A stretch of 64,000 nt of DNA, taken from NCBI GenBank assembly GCA_016209985.1, contig JACQVB010000115.1, positions 7,210 to 71,209 on the forward strand, written 5' to 3'. Below the pieces are notes generated by a model that searched no databases, was not told the DNA's origin, and saw only the letters and a program-made list of their open reading frames with translations. Positions 35,881 through 45,041 of the stretch are shown here, in pieces. The position numbers and the translations under genes were made by a program. The first letter of the stretch is position 1, and the number at the start of each line of letters is the position of its first letter. Origin of the DNA: Gemmatimonadota bacterium. Its GTDB lineage: Bacteria > Gemmatimonadota > Gemmatimonadetes > Gemmatimonadales > GWC2-71-9.

Positions 35881-37257
35881 TTAGCTCACCTTCCCCGGTT
35901 TCGGCGCCCCGTCCGGTCCATTGTCCCAGTCCTGCGCACTCGACTGATTGGGCATGCCCCACTGGTGTCCGTTCCACCCGTCGAACCCCTCCAGCTTGAA
36001 GGCCCAGAATCCAGTATAGAGATCGGAGGTGACGATCAGACCATCGGCATTGCGGACGTCGATCCCGAAATTGCCGTTGGTGACGCTGCCTTCGCCGGGC
36101 TGGGCGCGCGGCTGGCCGATGGGATCGTTCTTGTTGATCAGGATCGGACCGTCGTACGTGTCGTAATAGCCCACGGTATACGGATTGGTGGGGTCCATCA
36201 TGTTGACGGCGTGAACGCCGTCTTCGTAACTCGAGACGAACACGTAGGGCCAGCGCACCTCGTGATTGTGAGGGAGTCCCTGCCAGCGCTGAGTCCAGGC
36301 GCCGATCGGCCGGGACACCGTCTTCACGGTTCCGTCATAGGCCGGCTTGAGATCGATGAACCGCAGCGGCGCGTACTGATATTCCGATTCGAGCACCGCG
36401 TAGCGGCCATCCGGGGTCGGGGTGAAGGTGTGGCCGCTCTGCATACCGGCGACGCCGGTGGCCGACGCGATCAGCTTGGGCTCGGCGAGATTGGTGACGT
36501 CGTACACGTAGTAGCCGCCGCCGCCCGCGCCGAAGAAACGGTCCTGCTTTGAGACCGGATCGTAGCCGACGTAGAAATCGTGATAGCCGCGGGTTACGCC
36601 GCTCGCGACCGATGTCGGGTTGGGAATCTTGCCGACCAGCCCATAGTCCTTGTCGCCCGCCACGGTCTTGGCGATGTCGTAGACCCGCGCGTGCGGCTGA
36701 CTGGAGGTGGTAAAGAGCAGGGCCCGGCCGTCGGAGTGCTTATAGGAATAGGTTTCGTGAAAACCACCGGGCGCGTCGAGCGCCCGAATCCGGGTCAGCT
36801 CGCGGATTTTGGTCGTGTCCGGGAGGCCGGTGATGTCGAACACGATCGCGCCCAAGTCCGCATCGGGGCTGCCCGGCTGGAATTGGAATGACTGGGTGAG
36901 ATAATACCGGCCGTTGATCTTCAAGTGCATGGCGGAGAGCGCCCGTCCTTGGTGAAGATCGGCGTTCTCGATCTTCCAGGTGTAGAGCAGGCGGGCCCTG
37001 CTCGGGTCCTTGAGATCGATGATGTAGTAGCCGAAATGGGACCGTCCCGAGACGTAGGCGTACGGCCGCGACAGCTCCTGTTCGATCTTGATGTCGTTGG
37101 CCTGGAGAGGACCGCCGAGCGGGATATGGGCCACCAGCTTCATGTTACGGCTGCCGGCGGTTCCGGGTGCGGGGTGCTGGTCCCCGCGCTGGGCGAAGAC
37201 CGGAACGCTGAATCCGAGCAAGCAGGCCAGCGCGGCGCAAAGGGATTTGCGTCTCAT
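35881..37257 (-). CDS. LVIVD-like beta-propeller paralog P7
   Basis: ORF 35881..37302, with ATG 37257 (GGGAGGA upstream). The signal is MRRKSLCAALACLLGFSVPVFAQ. It carries the family motifs and tail. Confidence 0.85.
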   Translation of the reverse strand: MRRKSLCAALACLLGFSVPVFAQRGDQHPAPGTAGSRNMKLVAHIPLGGPLQANDIKIEQELSRPYAYVSGRSHFGYYIIDLKDPSRARLLYTWKIENADLHQGRALSAMHLKINGRYYLTQSFQFQPGSPDADLGAIVFDITGLPDTTKIRELTRIRALDAPGGFHETYSYKHSDGRALLFTTSSQPHARVYDIAKTVAGDKDYGLVGKIPNPTSVASGVTRGYHDFYVGYDPVSKQDRFFGAGGGGYYVYDVTNLAEPKLIASATGVAGMQSGHTFTPTPDGRYAVLESEYQYAPLRFIDLKPAYDGTVKTVSRPIGAWTQRWQGLPHNHEVRWPYVFVSSYEDGVHAVNMMDPTNPYTVGYYDTYDGPILINKNDPIGQPRAQPGEGSVTNGNFGIDVRNADGLIVTSDLYTGFWAFKLEGFDGWNGHQWGMPNQSSAQDWDNGPDGAPKPGKVS

Positions 37258-37275
37258 ACGTCCTCCCGGGGAAAA

Positions 37276-37341
37276 GCGTGAAGAGGGAAGAGGGAAGAGC
37301 AAGATGTTTTGCTACTCCCTCTCCACTCACTTTCACTCCTC
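37276..37341 (-). promoter_or_regulatory. GA-box/CT-box inverted repeat in the SusD4-P7 spacer
   Basis: GCGTGAAGAGGGAAGAGGGAAGAG (37276-37299) faces the pyrimidine-rich GCTACTCCCTCTCCACTCACTTTCACTCCTC (37311-37341), with imperfect pairing. The box lies about 17 nt from the P7 ATG. Confidence 0.4.
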
Positions 37342-37345
37342 GGCG

Positions 37346-38767
37346 TCAGCTCGTGGTGCGGAATCCGCTGACCTGACTGCACCCCGTGGGCTTAGGGTCG
37401 GACCGCTGGTCGCACTCGGCCTGGGGCAAGGGAACCTTGTCGAACACCAAGTCCCCGGCGCCGCGGGGCCCCTTGAGATCGGTCAGCCGCCCAAACCGTC
37501 GCAGATCCACCCAGCGATGCCCGTACTCCAGGAGGAGCGAGTACCGGCGGTTGTACAGCAGTTCGTTGTCGAAGGCCGCGTCATCGGCGATCGATGGAAG
37601 GCCGGCCAGCCCCCCGGACCCCACCCGCACGGTATTGATGTCGCTGAGCGCCCCCGCCTGGTCGGCGGTGCGCCAGCGTGCTTCCGCCCGGATGAGCAGC
37701 AGCTCCTCGTTCTTGATGATCGGGATCGGGGAGGTCGACGTCGGATAAAGGGTCCAGCGCCACCCGGACTCCACGCCGGTGTGCTTCCGCGTCTGGAACA
37801 CGCCACCGGGGCCAACGATGCGTGCCATCTTGGTGGTGACCCGCAAGTCTTTGCTTCCATCCGGCCGGTTTTGGGCCTCCACGGGCAACATGGAGTCTGC
37901 CACGTACGAGAAGCCGTTGGGGTCGAAGAATCCGTTCACCGCGTCGCCGGAGGCCGTCGAGTAGATGTTCTTGGGCCCGAGGTCCATGGCCGCCGTTGCA
38001 CTAACAAAGGATCCTCCGAGGGCGGTGAGGGCGGCATTGTAGTCCCCCATCTCGATGGCCACCCGCGCGCGGAGCGCGCGATTGAACTGGATGAACGTGG
38101 CCGGGGTGTTGAACCCGGCGAATCCAGTACCGAGATTGAACGGGAAGGTCGTGCCCGCGTTGAGCAGGCGTTGGCGGGCGTCGTCCAGCCGGGTGGCGAT
38201 ATAAGTGAACGCCTGGGCCTTGGAGGCCACCGAAGGCAGCTGGATCGGGTCGATGCTTTCGGTAGCGGTGACGACGCCGAATACGTCCTGCGCCCGCAAC
38301 TGCCCGTGCAGCAGGAAGGCTTCCACCGTCATGGCCACGCCCCGGATGCCTTCCTTCTGCGCGTCGGTCATGGCGGTCCCGACTTTGTCCACGCCGGCGC
38401 GGATGGTGTTGGCCAGCCGCACACTCTGATAGGTGTTGCCCCAGCCGGCCCCGCCGCCGGTTCCGGGGGTCAGTACCACGTCGAATGCGTTGAGCGACGT
38501 TTGGGCGACGTCGATGTAATACCCCTCGCGTCCGTAGTGCGCGAAGGTGCTGATGTTGGTCGACGTTCCCGTCCGCATGGCCGCGAGCAGGCCCTGGGTC
38601 GCGCTGATCAGGATCGCGGGGGTGGGGTTGTCTTCGAGCGCGTTCAGGCTGGGATTGTCCGCGTTCGGGATTTCAAAATCCCCGCAAGCGGCGCTCATGG
38701 CAACCGCAGCGGCCACAATGATTCCGGTGATGGCTTGCATGGCTGTGTGCCTCGTGGCGGTTGTCAT
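37346..38767 (-). CDS. SusD/RagB-family lipoprotein, copy 4
   Basis: 473-aa ORF with the signal ...IVAAAVAMSAAC. The junction with SusC copy 4 is again TGACCATG. The C-terminus is LLYNRRYSLLLEYGHRWVDLRRFGRL. Confidence 0.85.
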   Translation of the reverse strand: MTTATRHTAMQAITGIIVAAAVAMSAACGDFEIPNADNPSLNALEDNPTPAILISATQGLLAAMRTGTSTNISTFAHYGREGYYIDVAQTSLNAFDVVLTPGTGGGAGWGNTYQSVRLANTIRAGVDKVGTAMTDAQKEGIRGVAMTVEAFLLHGQLRAQDVFGVVTATESIDPIQLPSVASKAQAFTYIATRLDDARQRLLNAGTTFPFNLGTGFAGFNTPATFIQFNRALRARVAIEMGDYNAALTALGGSFVSATAAMDLGPKNIYSTASGDAVNGFFDPNGFSYVADSMLPVEAQNRPDGSKDLRVTTKMARIVGPGGVFQTRKHTGVESGWRWTLYPTSTSPIPIIKNEELLLIRAEARWRTADQAGALSDINTVRVGSGGLAGLPSIADDAAFDNELLYNRRYSLLLEYGHRWVDLRRFGRLTDLKGPRGAGDLVFDKVPLPQAECDQRSDPKPTGCSQVSGFRTTS

Positions 38768-38769
38768 GG

Positions 38770-41700
38770 TCAGAAGCCCAGGTCCAGCGAGAACCAGAAC
38801 GAACGGGTGGATGGATACGCCGCGAACTCGCGGGTATACGCCACGTTGTTGGAGCGCTGGTTACCGCTGTGATAATTCGCGGCTGCCGGATCGGTGCCCT
38901 TGAACATATCCCCACCGATGATGCCCTGGAGATGGATGAGGTTTCGACCGGCGAGGGACACCCGCGCGCTCCGGATGCCGCTCCACAGGCGGTTGGTGAA
39001 CGATCGAGGCAGGTCCAGCCCGAGGGTTAATTCCCGCAACTTCACGTACCCCGCATTCCGCCAGTAATTCATCGGGACCTGGTTCTGCAGTCTGAGACGG
39101 CACTCGCCGATGGTGGTCGTTCCACCGCAGTCGCCGGGCTGCTCGAAATCGTACCCGTTGCGCGCGATGTCCCAATGCCGCCAGGTGCCGGCGTTCATTC
39201 GGCCGCCCCGGACCGCTTCGATACTGGTGGAGAGACTGATGGCCCGGTACTGGACGGTATTGAGCAGGCCGCCGGTCCAGCTCGGCGCGGCGTCAGCCTG
39301 GTACTTGAAGACCAGGGTAAACGGCGCGGTTGGGGAGCTGCGCGGCAGCGTGTCGTTGCTCCACAACGCCGTCGCCGATCCGCCCTCCACAATGCGGATC
39401 GCGCCGGAGGATCCACCGGCCGCGTTGAACGCGGGAACCGGCAGCTTGGTGATCTTGCTCCGGTTCATCGCCCAGTTGAGGCTCGAGGTCCAGGTGACGG
39501 TGCTGGTGCGGACCGGGGTCAGCGTCAGGCCCCACTCCAGCCCGCGCACCCGCATCTCCGCACCGTTGAAGATCTCGGACGAGAACCCGGTGACCGGCGC
39601 GAGGGTGCGCTGCAGCAACAGGTCTTTGCTGGACTTCTGGTAGACCGATACCTCCAGCAGTGCCCGGCCGCCCAACATCTGCGCGTCGAACCCCGCCTCG
39701 ATCTCGGTCTGCCGTTCCGGCTTTGCATCGGCGGCTCCGGCGGCCGCGGCGACGGACACGCCGCCGACGCCGCCGACGTTGGTCGCGTTGAGATTGGTGA
39801 ATTTCTGGCCGTACAGCGGGCGATTGCCCGTTTGGCCAAACGCCGTCCGGAGCTTCAGCTCGTCAATGGGCCCGGGGAAGGAGGTAAACCGGTACGAGGC
39901 CGAGGCTTTGGGATAGTAGAAGAACTTCTTGGTGTCCGCGTTGTTGCTGCTGCGATCCGCCCGGACGCCGACGGTGAGCAGGAGTTTTTCGCTCAACAGC
40001 AATTCCTCCTGTCCGAAGAAGCCGAAGTCCTTCACCCGGGTAAAGTCCTGCTCGACTTGAATGCGGGAGCCGGCGGCCACCGTGGGCGTGCCCGCGACGA
40101 GCCCCTTGGTGGCAGTCCGGTCCAGCATCAGCCGCTGGTATTCGTACTGCGTGCCGAACTGCGTTGTCGCGGACAGGAACCCGCCCGCGGACCGGTAGGA
40201 GTGCACGATGTTCGCGTTGACGTTCCCCTGGAAGCTGTTCCCGAAGGAGCGCACCACGGTTCCCGGCAACCCATCGTTCGGCTCGTACTGCAGCTCAGGT
40301 GGGGAAACGATGTTGTCTTCCTGGATGAACTGATCGAATCCGCCGGCCAGTATCAGCCGCAGCGTGTTCTGGGTGCTGGAAATGGCGTCGAGTTGGGCCC
40401 GGCCGGTGGTCAGCATGCGCCACACTTCTTCGTCCCGGGTCATGGCGACGGCGGAGTGGAGCGGATTGCTGGTGACGTACGGGTTCACCGGATAGACGCC
40501 ACCCTCGCACTTGGCCTGCCTGGTTCCGTCGGGGCAGGTGGCGCGGAGATCGAAGAAGTTCGGGTGGTGCATGAGCACGAAATAGTAGCTGGTACCCGCA
40601 TTGTCGTTGCCGAACATGCCGCGATCGTTCGCCGTGCGAATGACCTCGGTCCCGGTCGAGAGCTTGAGGCGCCGGCCCACTTGCTGGTCGAGATTGAGGC
40701 GAACGGACGCCTTGTCCGCAAAGGTCTCCAGCACGATGCCGCCTTCGTGCCGCACCAGGGCCGACGCGAAGTACTGGGTCGTCTCGGTACCGCCACTCAT
40801 GTTCACCGAGGTCTCGTACTGCAGCGGCTTGTAGCCGGAGATGTCGTCTTCGAGGTTGACGGCAGTGTAGCCCGGGGTCCAGTGTTGGCGGGCTGTCGCG
40901 CCGAATGCCTGGATCGCCGAGGTAGAGTCTGAGAAGTAGCGCGATCCGAAGGTGAACGACCGCATGGCCACGCCCACGCCCTGCCGGATCTGGAACCGCG
41001 GTGCGCCCAGGCGGCCGCGCTTGGTGGTGATCAGAATGACGCCGTTGGCCGCCTTGGAGCCGTAGATCGCGGCGGCGGACGCCCCCTTCAGAACTTCAAC
41101 GCTCTCGATGTCGTTCGGATTCAGATCGGCGATCCGATTGACGGGGTTCATCTGCTCGACGCTGGTGATGTTGTTGGCGCCCTGCGCCAGCGAGACCGCG
41201 TTCATGCCGCCTTCGATGCGCGCATCGCTGGCGATGACGCCGTCAACCACGTAGAGGGGATTGCCGCCTCCGATGATGGAGGTCGCGCCGCGGAGCCGGA
41301 CTCGCATGCCGCCACCGGGCGCGCCGGAATTCTCCTGGAGCTGCACTCCGGCCATCTTGCCCGAGAGCGCCTGTTCCAGGGTCGGGGCTGAGACCTTGGC
41401 CACCTCCGCGGCGTTTACGGTCGCGACCGCATTGGCCAGATTCCGCTTCTCGACTCCGGTGGCCTGGCCGGTGACAACGATCGCCTCGAGCTGGAAGTAG
41501 TCCCGCTCCAGGTTGACGTCCACGGCGTTCTGGCTCGCTGACACCGGCACGTCCCGGCGCTTGAACCCGATGCTGCGAATGGTCAGCACCACGTCGCGCG
41601 GCGGGACCGCAATGGTGAAAGTGCCGTCATCCTTCAGGGTCGTACCGATTGTGGTGTTCGCGACCGACACCTGGCCCGACGTCACCGTCTCTCCAGTGAG

Positions 41701-41799
41701 TGAATCGGTGACACGGCCGGTGACGATGCGGGTCTGCGCCGAGAGCGGCGCGCCGGTCAGCCAGGCCGCGACCAACAAGAAGCCAACAACAGTGCGCAT
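38770..41799 (-). CDS. SusC/RagA-type TonB-dependent transporter, copy 4
   Basis: 1009-aa ORF with the signal MRTVVGFLLVAAWLTGAPLSA/QTRIVTGRVTDSLTGE. It has the plug ...SVEVLKGASAAAIYGSKAANGVILITTKRGR and ends FWFSLDLGF. Confidence 0.9.
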   Translation of the reverse strand: MRTVVGFLLVAAWLTGAPLSAQTRIVTGRVTDSLTGETVTSGQVSVANTTIGTTLKDDGTFTIAVPPRDVVLTIRSIGFKRRDVPVSASQNAVDVNLERDYFQLEAIVVTGQATGVEKRNLANAVATVNAAEVAKVSAPTLEQALSGKMAGVQLQENSGAPGGGMRVRLRGATSIIGGGNPLYVVDGVIASDARIEGGMNAVSLAQGANNITSVEQMNPVNRIADLNPNDIESVEVLKGASAAAIYGSKAANGVILITTKRGRLGAPRFQIRQGVGVAMRSFTFGSRYFSDSTSAIQAFGATARQHWTPGYTAVNLEDDISGYKPLQYETSVNMSGGTETTQYFASALVRHEGGIVLETFADKASVRLNLDQQVGRRLKLSTGTEVIRTANDRGMFGNDNAGTSYYFVLMHHPNFFDLRATCPDGTRQAKCEGGVYPVNPYVTSNPLHSAVAMTRDEEVWRMLTTGRAQLDAISSTQNTLRLILAGGFDQFIQEDNIVSPPELQYEPNDGLPGTVVRSFGNSFQGNVNANIVHSYRSAGGFLSATTQFGTQYEYQRLMLDRTATKGLVAGTPTVAAGSRIQVEQDFTRVKDFGFFGQEELLLSEKLLLTVGVRADRSSNNADTKKFFYYPKASASYRFTSFPGPIDELKLRTAFGQTGNRPLYGQKFTNLNATNVGGVGGVSVAAAAGAADAKPERQTEIEAGFDAQMLGGRALLEVSVYQKSSKDLLLQRTLAPVTGFSSEIFNGAEMRVRGLEWGLTLTPVRTSTVTWTSSLNWAMNRSKITKLPVPAFNAAGGSSGAIRIVEGGSATALWSNDTLPRSSPTAPFTLVFKYQADAAPSWTGGLLNTVQYRAISLSTSIEAVRGGRMNAGTWRHWDIARNGYDFEQPGDCGGTTTIGECRLRLQNQVPMNYWRNAGYVKLRELTLGLDLPRSFTNRLWSGIRSARVSLAGRNLIHLQGIIGGDMFKGTDPAAANYHSGNQRSNNVAYTREFAAYPSTRSFWFSLDLGF

Positions 41800-41911
41800 G
41801 ATTTACCCCTCCAACGAGAGCCTGTGGGAAACCTTTCAAGACGGCGGGGTGAAGAGGTGTTGCCGAACGTATGCCAACCCCGCCCAAATATGAGGCGGGG
41901 GACCTAATTAG

Positions 41912-42730
41912 CTAGAGCCATTCCCGGTACAGCTCCGGCCTCCGATCTCTCCAGAAGAGGCGGCGCGCGGTGGAGCGATCGCATTGCGCGAGCTCGATAT
42001 CCACGACCACCAGGTCCTCTTCCAGGGACTTGCCGCGCGCCAGGACCTGGCCTTCCGGGTCGACCACGAAGGATTCACCGGAGAAGGTGAGTTTCTGCTC
42101 GGCGCCGACCCGGTTGCACAGCGCGGCGAAATAACCGTTCTGGAGCGCGGCGGTGCGAACCTCGGCCTCATACATCCCGGTGGGCCATTCGCCCACCGTT
42201 CCCGCCTGAGGAATGACGACCAGCTTTGCTCCCTGGACCCCCAGCGCCCTCACGTACTCGGGGAAATGACGATCATAGCAGATGCAGACACCGATACGGC
42301 CCACCCTGGTCTGGTAAACCGGGGCGCCATGGTCACCGGGGTGGTAGTAGATCCGTTCGTGGAAACCTTCATAGTCGGTGATGTGCACCATGCGCGTGAC
42401 GCCAAGGAGCGAGCCATCCGCATCGAAGACCGGCGAGCTGTCGAAGAACCGCCCGTCACCGTCGCTCTCGTACATGTTGAACACCGTGACCAGCGCATGC
42501 CGCCGTGCACGCTCAGCTACCAGGCCGGTGATGCGCCCGGGGATCGGCTCGGCCAGCTCGCGCGCCTTTGCATCGTTCGGCCGCTGAGGAAAGAACCGCT
42601 CGATCACCAGCTCAGGAAAGATGATGAGCTGGGCGCCGAGACCGGCCGCCCGATCCATCGCCTCGAGGGCACGCCGCAGGTTGGCTTCACGATCCCGGTC
42701 GGCTCGTTGCTGGGCGAGGGCGATCTTCAT
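41912..42730 (-). CDS. Carbon-nitrogen hydrolase (nitrilase-superfamily) protein
   Basis: 272-aa ORF with Glu-Lys-Cys triad context: LIIFPELV..., ...GVCICYDRHFPEYVRAL. It resembles carbamoylase/amidase branch members. Confidence 0.8.
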   Translation of the reverse strand: MKIALAQQRADRDREANLRRALEAMDRAAGLGAQLIIFPELVIERFFPQRPNDAKARELAEPIPGRITGLVAERARRHALVTVFNMYESDGDGRFFDSSPVFDADGSLLGVTRMVHITDYEGFHERIYYHPGDHGAPVYQTRVGRIGVCICYDRHFPEYVRALGVQGAKLVVIPQAGTVGEWPTGMYEAEVRTAALQNGYFAALCNRVGAEQKLTFSGESFVVDPEGQVLARGKSLEEDLVVVDIELAQCDRSTARRLFWRDRRPELYREWL

Positions 42731-42762
42731 GAGAGGAAGTGAGAGCGGGACGGTGCCACAGT

Positions 42763-42929
42763 GGGGAAAGGCGACGGTGGGAAAGGCGACGGTGGGAAAG
42801 GCGACGGCGCCAGAATGCGACGGCGGAATGCCGCGAGCCGTCGCCCACCCCCGCTGTCGTTTGGCCCTGCCGTCGCCTTACCCGCCGTCGCTTCACCCGC
42901 CCTCGCTCCAACGCTGTCGCATTTCCCCC
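42763..42929. repeat. Inverted array of about 15-bp GGGAAAGGCGACGGT-type units
   Basis: Three perfect tandem units lie at 42764-42778, 42779-42793 and 42794-42808, followed by two degenerate ones. About six units then follow in the opposite orientation (CCGTCGCCCACCC, ...CCGTCGCCTTACCC, GCCGTCGCTTCACCC ... GCTGTCGCATTTCCCCC). The array fills the spacer between the OMP gene and the C-N hydrolase gene. Confidence 0.85.
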
Positions 42930-42931
42930 GA

Positions 42932-43555
42932 CTACGGTGCGAACGACACCCCGGCCCGCCAGACGGCGTCGACCTGCACGTTATTATAGAATGGGTAGAC
43001 CGTCTGCTTGAAATCATAGACCAGCAGCAAGGTCTCGGCGAAGAACCCCAGGGGAGCGTTGGACCGCATGTAGCCAAGCCCGGCACCGAAGCGAGCGGTC
43101 GGTCGCGTCGCCGTGGGGATTCGCTGGCCGGACTCGTCCAGCCGCCCAGCGCCCAGGCCCAGGAAGCCATAAGGGTTGAGCCCGCCGGCGGTGACGCCGC
43201 GCAGCATCAAGTCCACGCCGAGGAAGAGCTTCTTCCAACTGGCGCCGGATTCCTGCGTGTAGCAGGCGTTAACCAATGCACCGGTTGGGCCGGGTATGGT
43301 TGCGCACTGCATCTTCGAGGTTGCAAAGTTACCATCCAGCCGGACCCCCAGATTCTGGTCCAGCCAAAACGCGACGGCCGCGCCAAGATCGATCCCGGCT
43401 TTGAATTGCCGGAAGCCTTCGACATCGAGATTGGTCAGCGGCGTGACGGCCCCGCCGTAGCCGAAGATCTGCACCCGGCGCTCCTGAGCGGCCAACGACG
43501 ACGCTGGTAACAAGATGGCCAGAAAGACAGCAGACACTAACGCTGTTCGAGTCAT
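42932..43555 (-). CDS. Small outer-membrane beta-barrel protein (OmpW/porin-like)
   Basis: ORF 42932..43600, with ATG 43555. The signal is MTRTALVSAVFLAILLPASSLAAQ. It shows an alternating amphipathic strand pattern, Gly/aromatic-rich, ending ...AVWRAGVSFAP. Confidence 0.7.
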   Translation of the reverse strand: MTRTALVSAVFLAILLPASSLAAQERRVQIFGYGGAVTPLTNLDVEGFRQFKAGIDLGAAVAFWLDQNLGVRLDGNFATSKMQCATIPGPTGALVNACYTQESGASWKKLFLGVDLMLRGVTAGGLNPYGFLGLGAGRLDESGQRIPTATRPTARFGAGLGYMRSNAPLGFFAETLLLVYDFKQTVYPFYNNVQVDAVWRAGVSFAP

Positions 43556-43657
43556 GGCGTGCTCCCGGAATCGGGTTGTCGCTGGTCGGCGATGTCCCAT
43601 AATGGGCCGTAACGCTGCTCATGGCAAGCGGCCCTCCCCGGTGCCGCGATCACATTC

Positions 43658-44803
43658 TCAAGCGCCCTTTACCGAGGACGCAGGCCTGGCGTCGGGAGCG
43701 AGAGCGGCGCCTGCGGGGTGGGGGCGAGGCAGCAACGGTCGCACCGCATCCACGAATTGGGACGCGGCACGCTCCACGCCGAATCGGACGGCCGCGTCGG
43801 CGCGATTGGCGTTTCCCATTCGGCGCCGGGCCTCGGGATCTCGCAAGAGAGCACTCAGCGCGTTGGCCAGCGCCTGATCATCACCGGGCGGGACGAGGTA
43901 ACCGTTCCGCACATGCGTCACGACTTCGGGCGTCGAGCTAGCGTCGCAAGCAACGATCGGTTTTCCGGCCACCATCGCCTCGGCGAAGACCAGACCGAAG
44001 CCCTCCTGGAGGCTCGGTAGACAGAACACATCACAGGACGCGTACTCGAGCGCCAAAACGCCAACCTGGACCTGGCCGAGGAACCGTACCGTGTCGCCGA
44101 GACCGAGCGCCACGGCCTGGGCTTCGAGGCGCGCCCGCTCCGGCCCGTCGCCGGCGATCCGAAATTCGACCGTGGGCAGGTCGCGCGCCAGCAGTGTTGC
44201 GGCGCGGAGCAGGGCGGCGTGGTTCTTCCGGGGGTACATCCTACCCACACAGAGGACGGTGGGTCGACCCGGGGGGTGGGGCACTGCCATCTCGGCCAGG
44301 ACCCGCCGCCAGCGCACCGCGTCGAAGGCGGGAGGCACGACGCGGACTTGGGATGACTCAACTCCGTAGAGCTCCGCGATCCGCCGCCGGCTATACTCAC
44401 TGGGTGCGAGAACGCGCGCCGCGCGCCGCGCGTTGGTGCATTCGGCCCGGGCCTGTAACGCCAGGGACCATCGAGTGGAGCCCTGTTCGAACCGGGCTTC
44501 GTCCGCGATCACACCGTGGAGGTACGCGACATAGGGGGCCGCCACTCGTTGGGCGATGGTCCAACCGTCGAGATCGAAGCCCGTGACCAGGTCGTAGCCG
44601 GACAGCCGGTCGGCTCGGAGTCGCCAGTTGAAGGCCAGCCGGGCGAAACCATACCCTCGGATCGGCAGCGGGCGGCGAGGCTGGATGACGACGACATCGT
44701 GTCCGAGCGCCTGGAGCCCGGTCCGTAGGTTCACGATACCCACGTAGGTTCCGCTTCCCAGGTCGACCCGGGCGGGCGTGGCTGTCACGAACGCGATCCG
44801 CAC
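43658..44803 (-). CDS. Glycosyltransferase family 4 (GT-B, group 1)
   Basis: 381-aa ORF with a GTG start. The donor-binding motif is PSLQEGFGLVFAEAMVAGKPIVACDASSTPEVV. Confidence 0.85.
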   Translation of the reverse strand: MRIAFVTATPARVDLGSGTYVGIVNLRTGLQALGHDVVVIQPRRPLPIRGYGFARLAFNWRLRADRLSGYDLVTGFDLDGWTIAQRVAAPYVAYLHGVIADEARFEQGSTRWSLALQARAECTNARRAARVLAPSEYSRRRIAELYGVESSQVRVVPPAFDAVRWRRVLAEMAVPHPPGRPTVLCVGRMYPRKNHAALLRAATLLARDLPTVEFRIAGDGPERARLEAQAVALGLGDTVRFLGQVQVGVLALEYASCDVFCLPSLQEGFGLVFAEAMVAGKPIVACDASSTPEVVTHVRNGYLVPPGDDQALANALSALLRDPEARRRMGNANRADAAVRFGVERAASQFVDAVRPLLPRPHPAGAALAPDARPASSVKGA

Positions 44804-44849
44804 GATCTAAACGTACCCGGCCGGGGCAACGCGCGGCTCACGCCGTGCA

Positions 44850-44878
44850 TTGACACCGTCTGGGCCGCGCATTAATAA
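44850..44878 (+). promoter_or_regulatory. Candidate sigma70-like promoter for SusC copy 5 (TTGACA-N17-TAATAA)
   Basis: TTGACA at 44850-44855, an exact 17-nt spacer, then TAATAA at 44873-44878. This would leave a leader of about 155-160 nt before ATG 45042. Confidence 0.4.
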
Positions 44879-45041
44879 GACGCGAGGATGGTGCGCCTGA
44901 ATCTTCCAGAATCGGCTTAAGTCCGGTCTGGATTACCAACCGGCGACGATCAGTGGGCGGATGGAGGATAGAAACGGACTGAGGTAGGATCGCCCACCGG
45001 TTCCCGCTACACCCTTGCTCACCTAGCCGGAGGATACGCTC

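Noticed and set aside
25829-36552. Long plus-strand ORFs antisense to the propeller genes (25829-26782, 28182-28940, 34927-35763, 35794-36552 and others).
   Set aside because: They mirror the sense genes, lack start-site context and have no recognisable domains. The sense strand carries seven mutually conserved paralogs.
42763-42929. Could the tandem-repeat arrays (42763, 25438, 50893, 51857) be CRISPR arrays?
   Set aside because: The units are 7-17 bp and contiguous with no unique spacers, and no cas genes are nearby.
42621-43170. ORFs translated through the 15-mer array (GKATVGKATVGKAT, WERRRWERRR, GKGDGGKGDG repeats).
   Set aside because: The peptide periodicity is a by-product of the DNA repeat in all three frames. 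The ORFs also overlap the OMP gene antisense.
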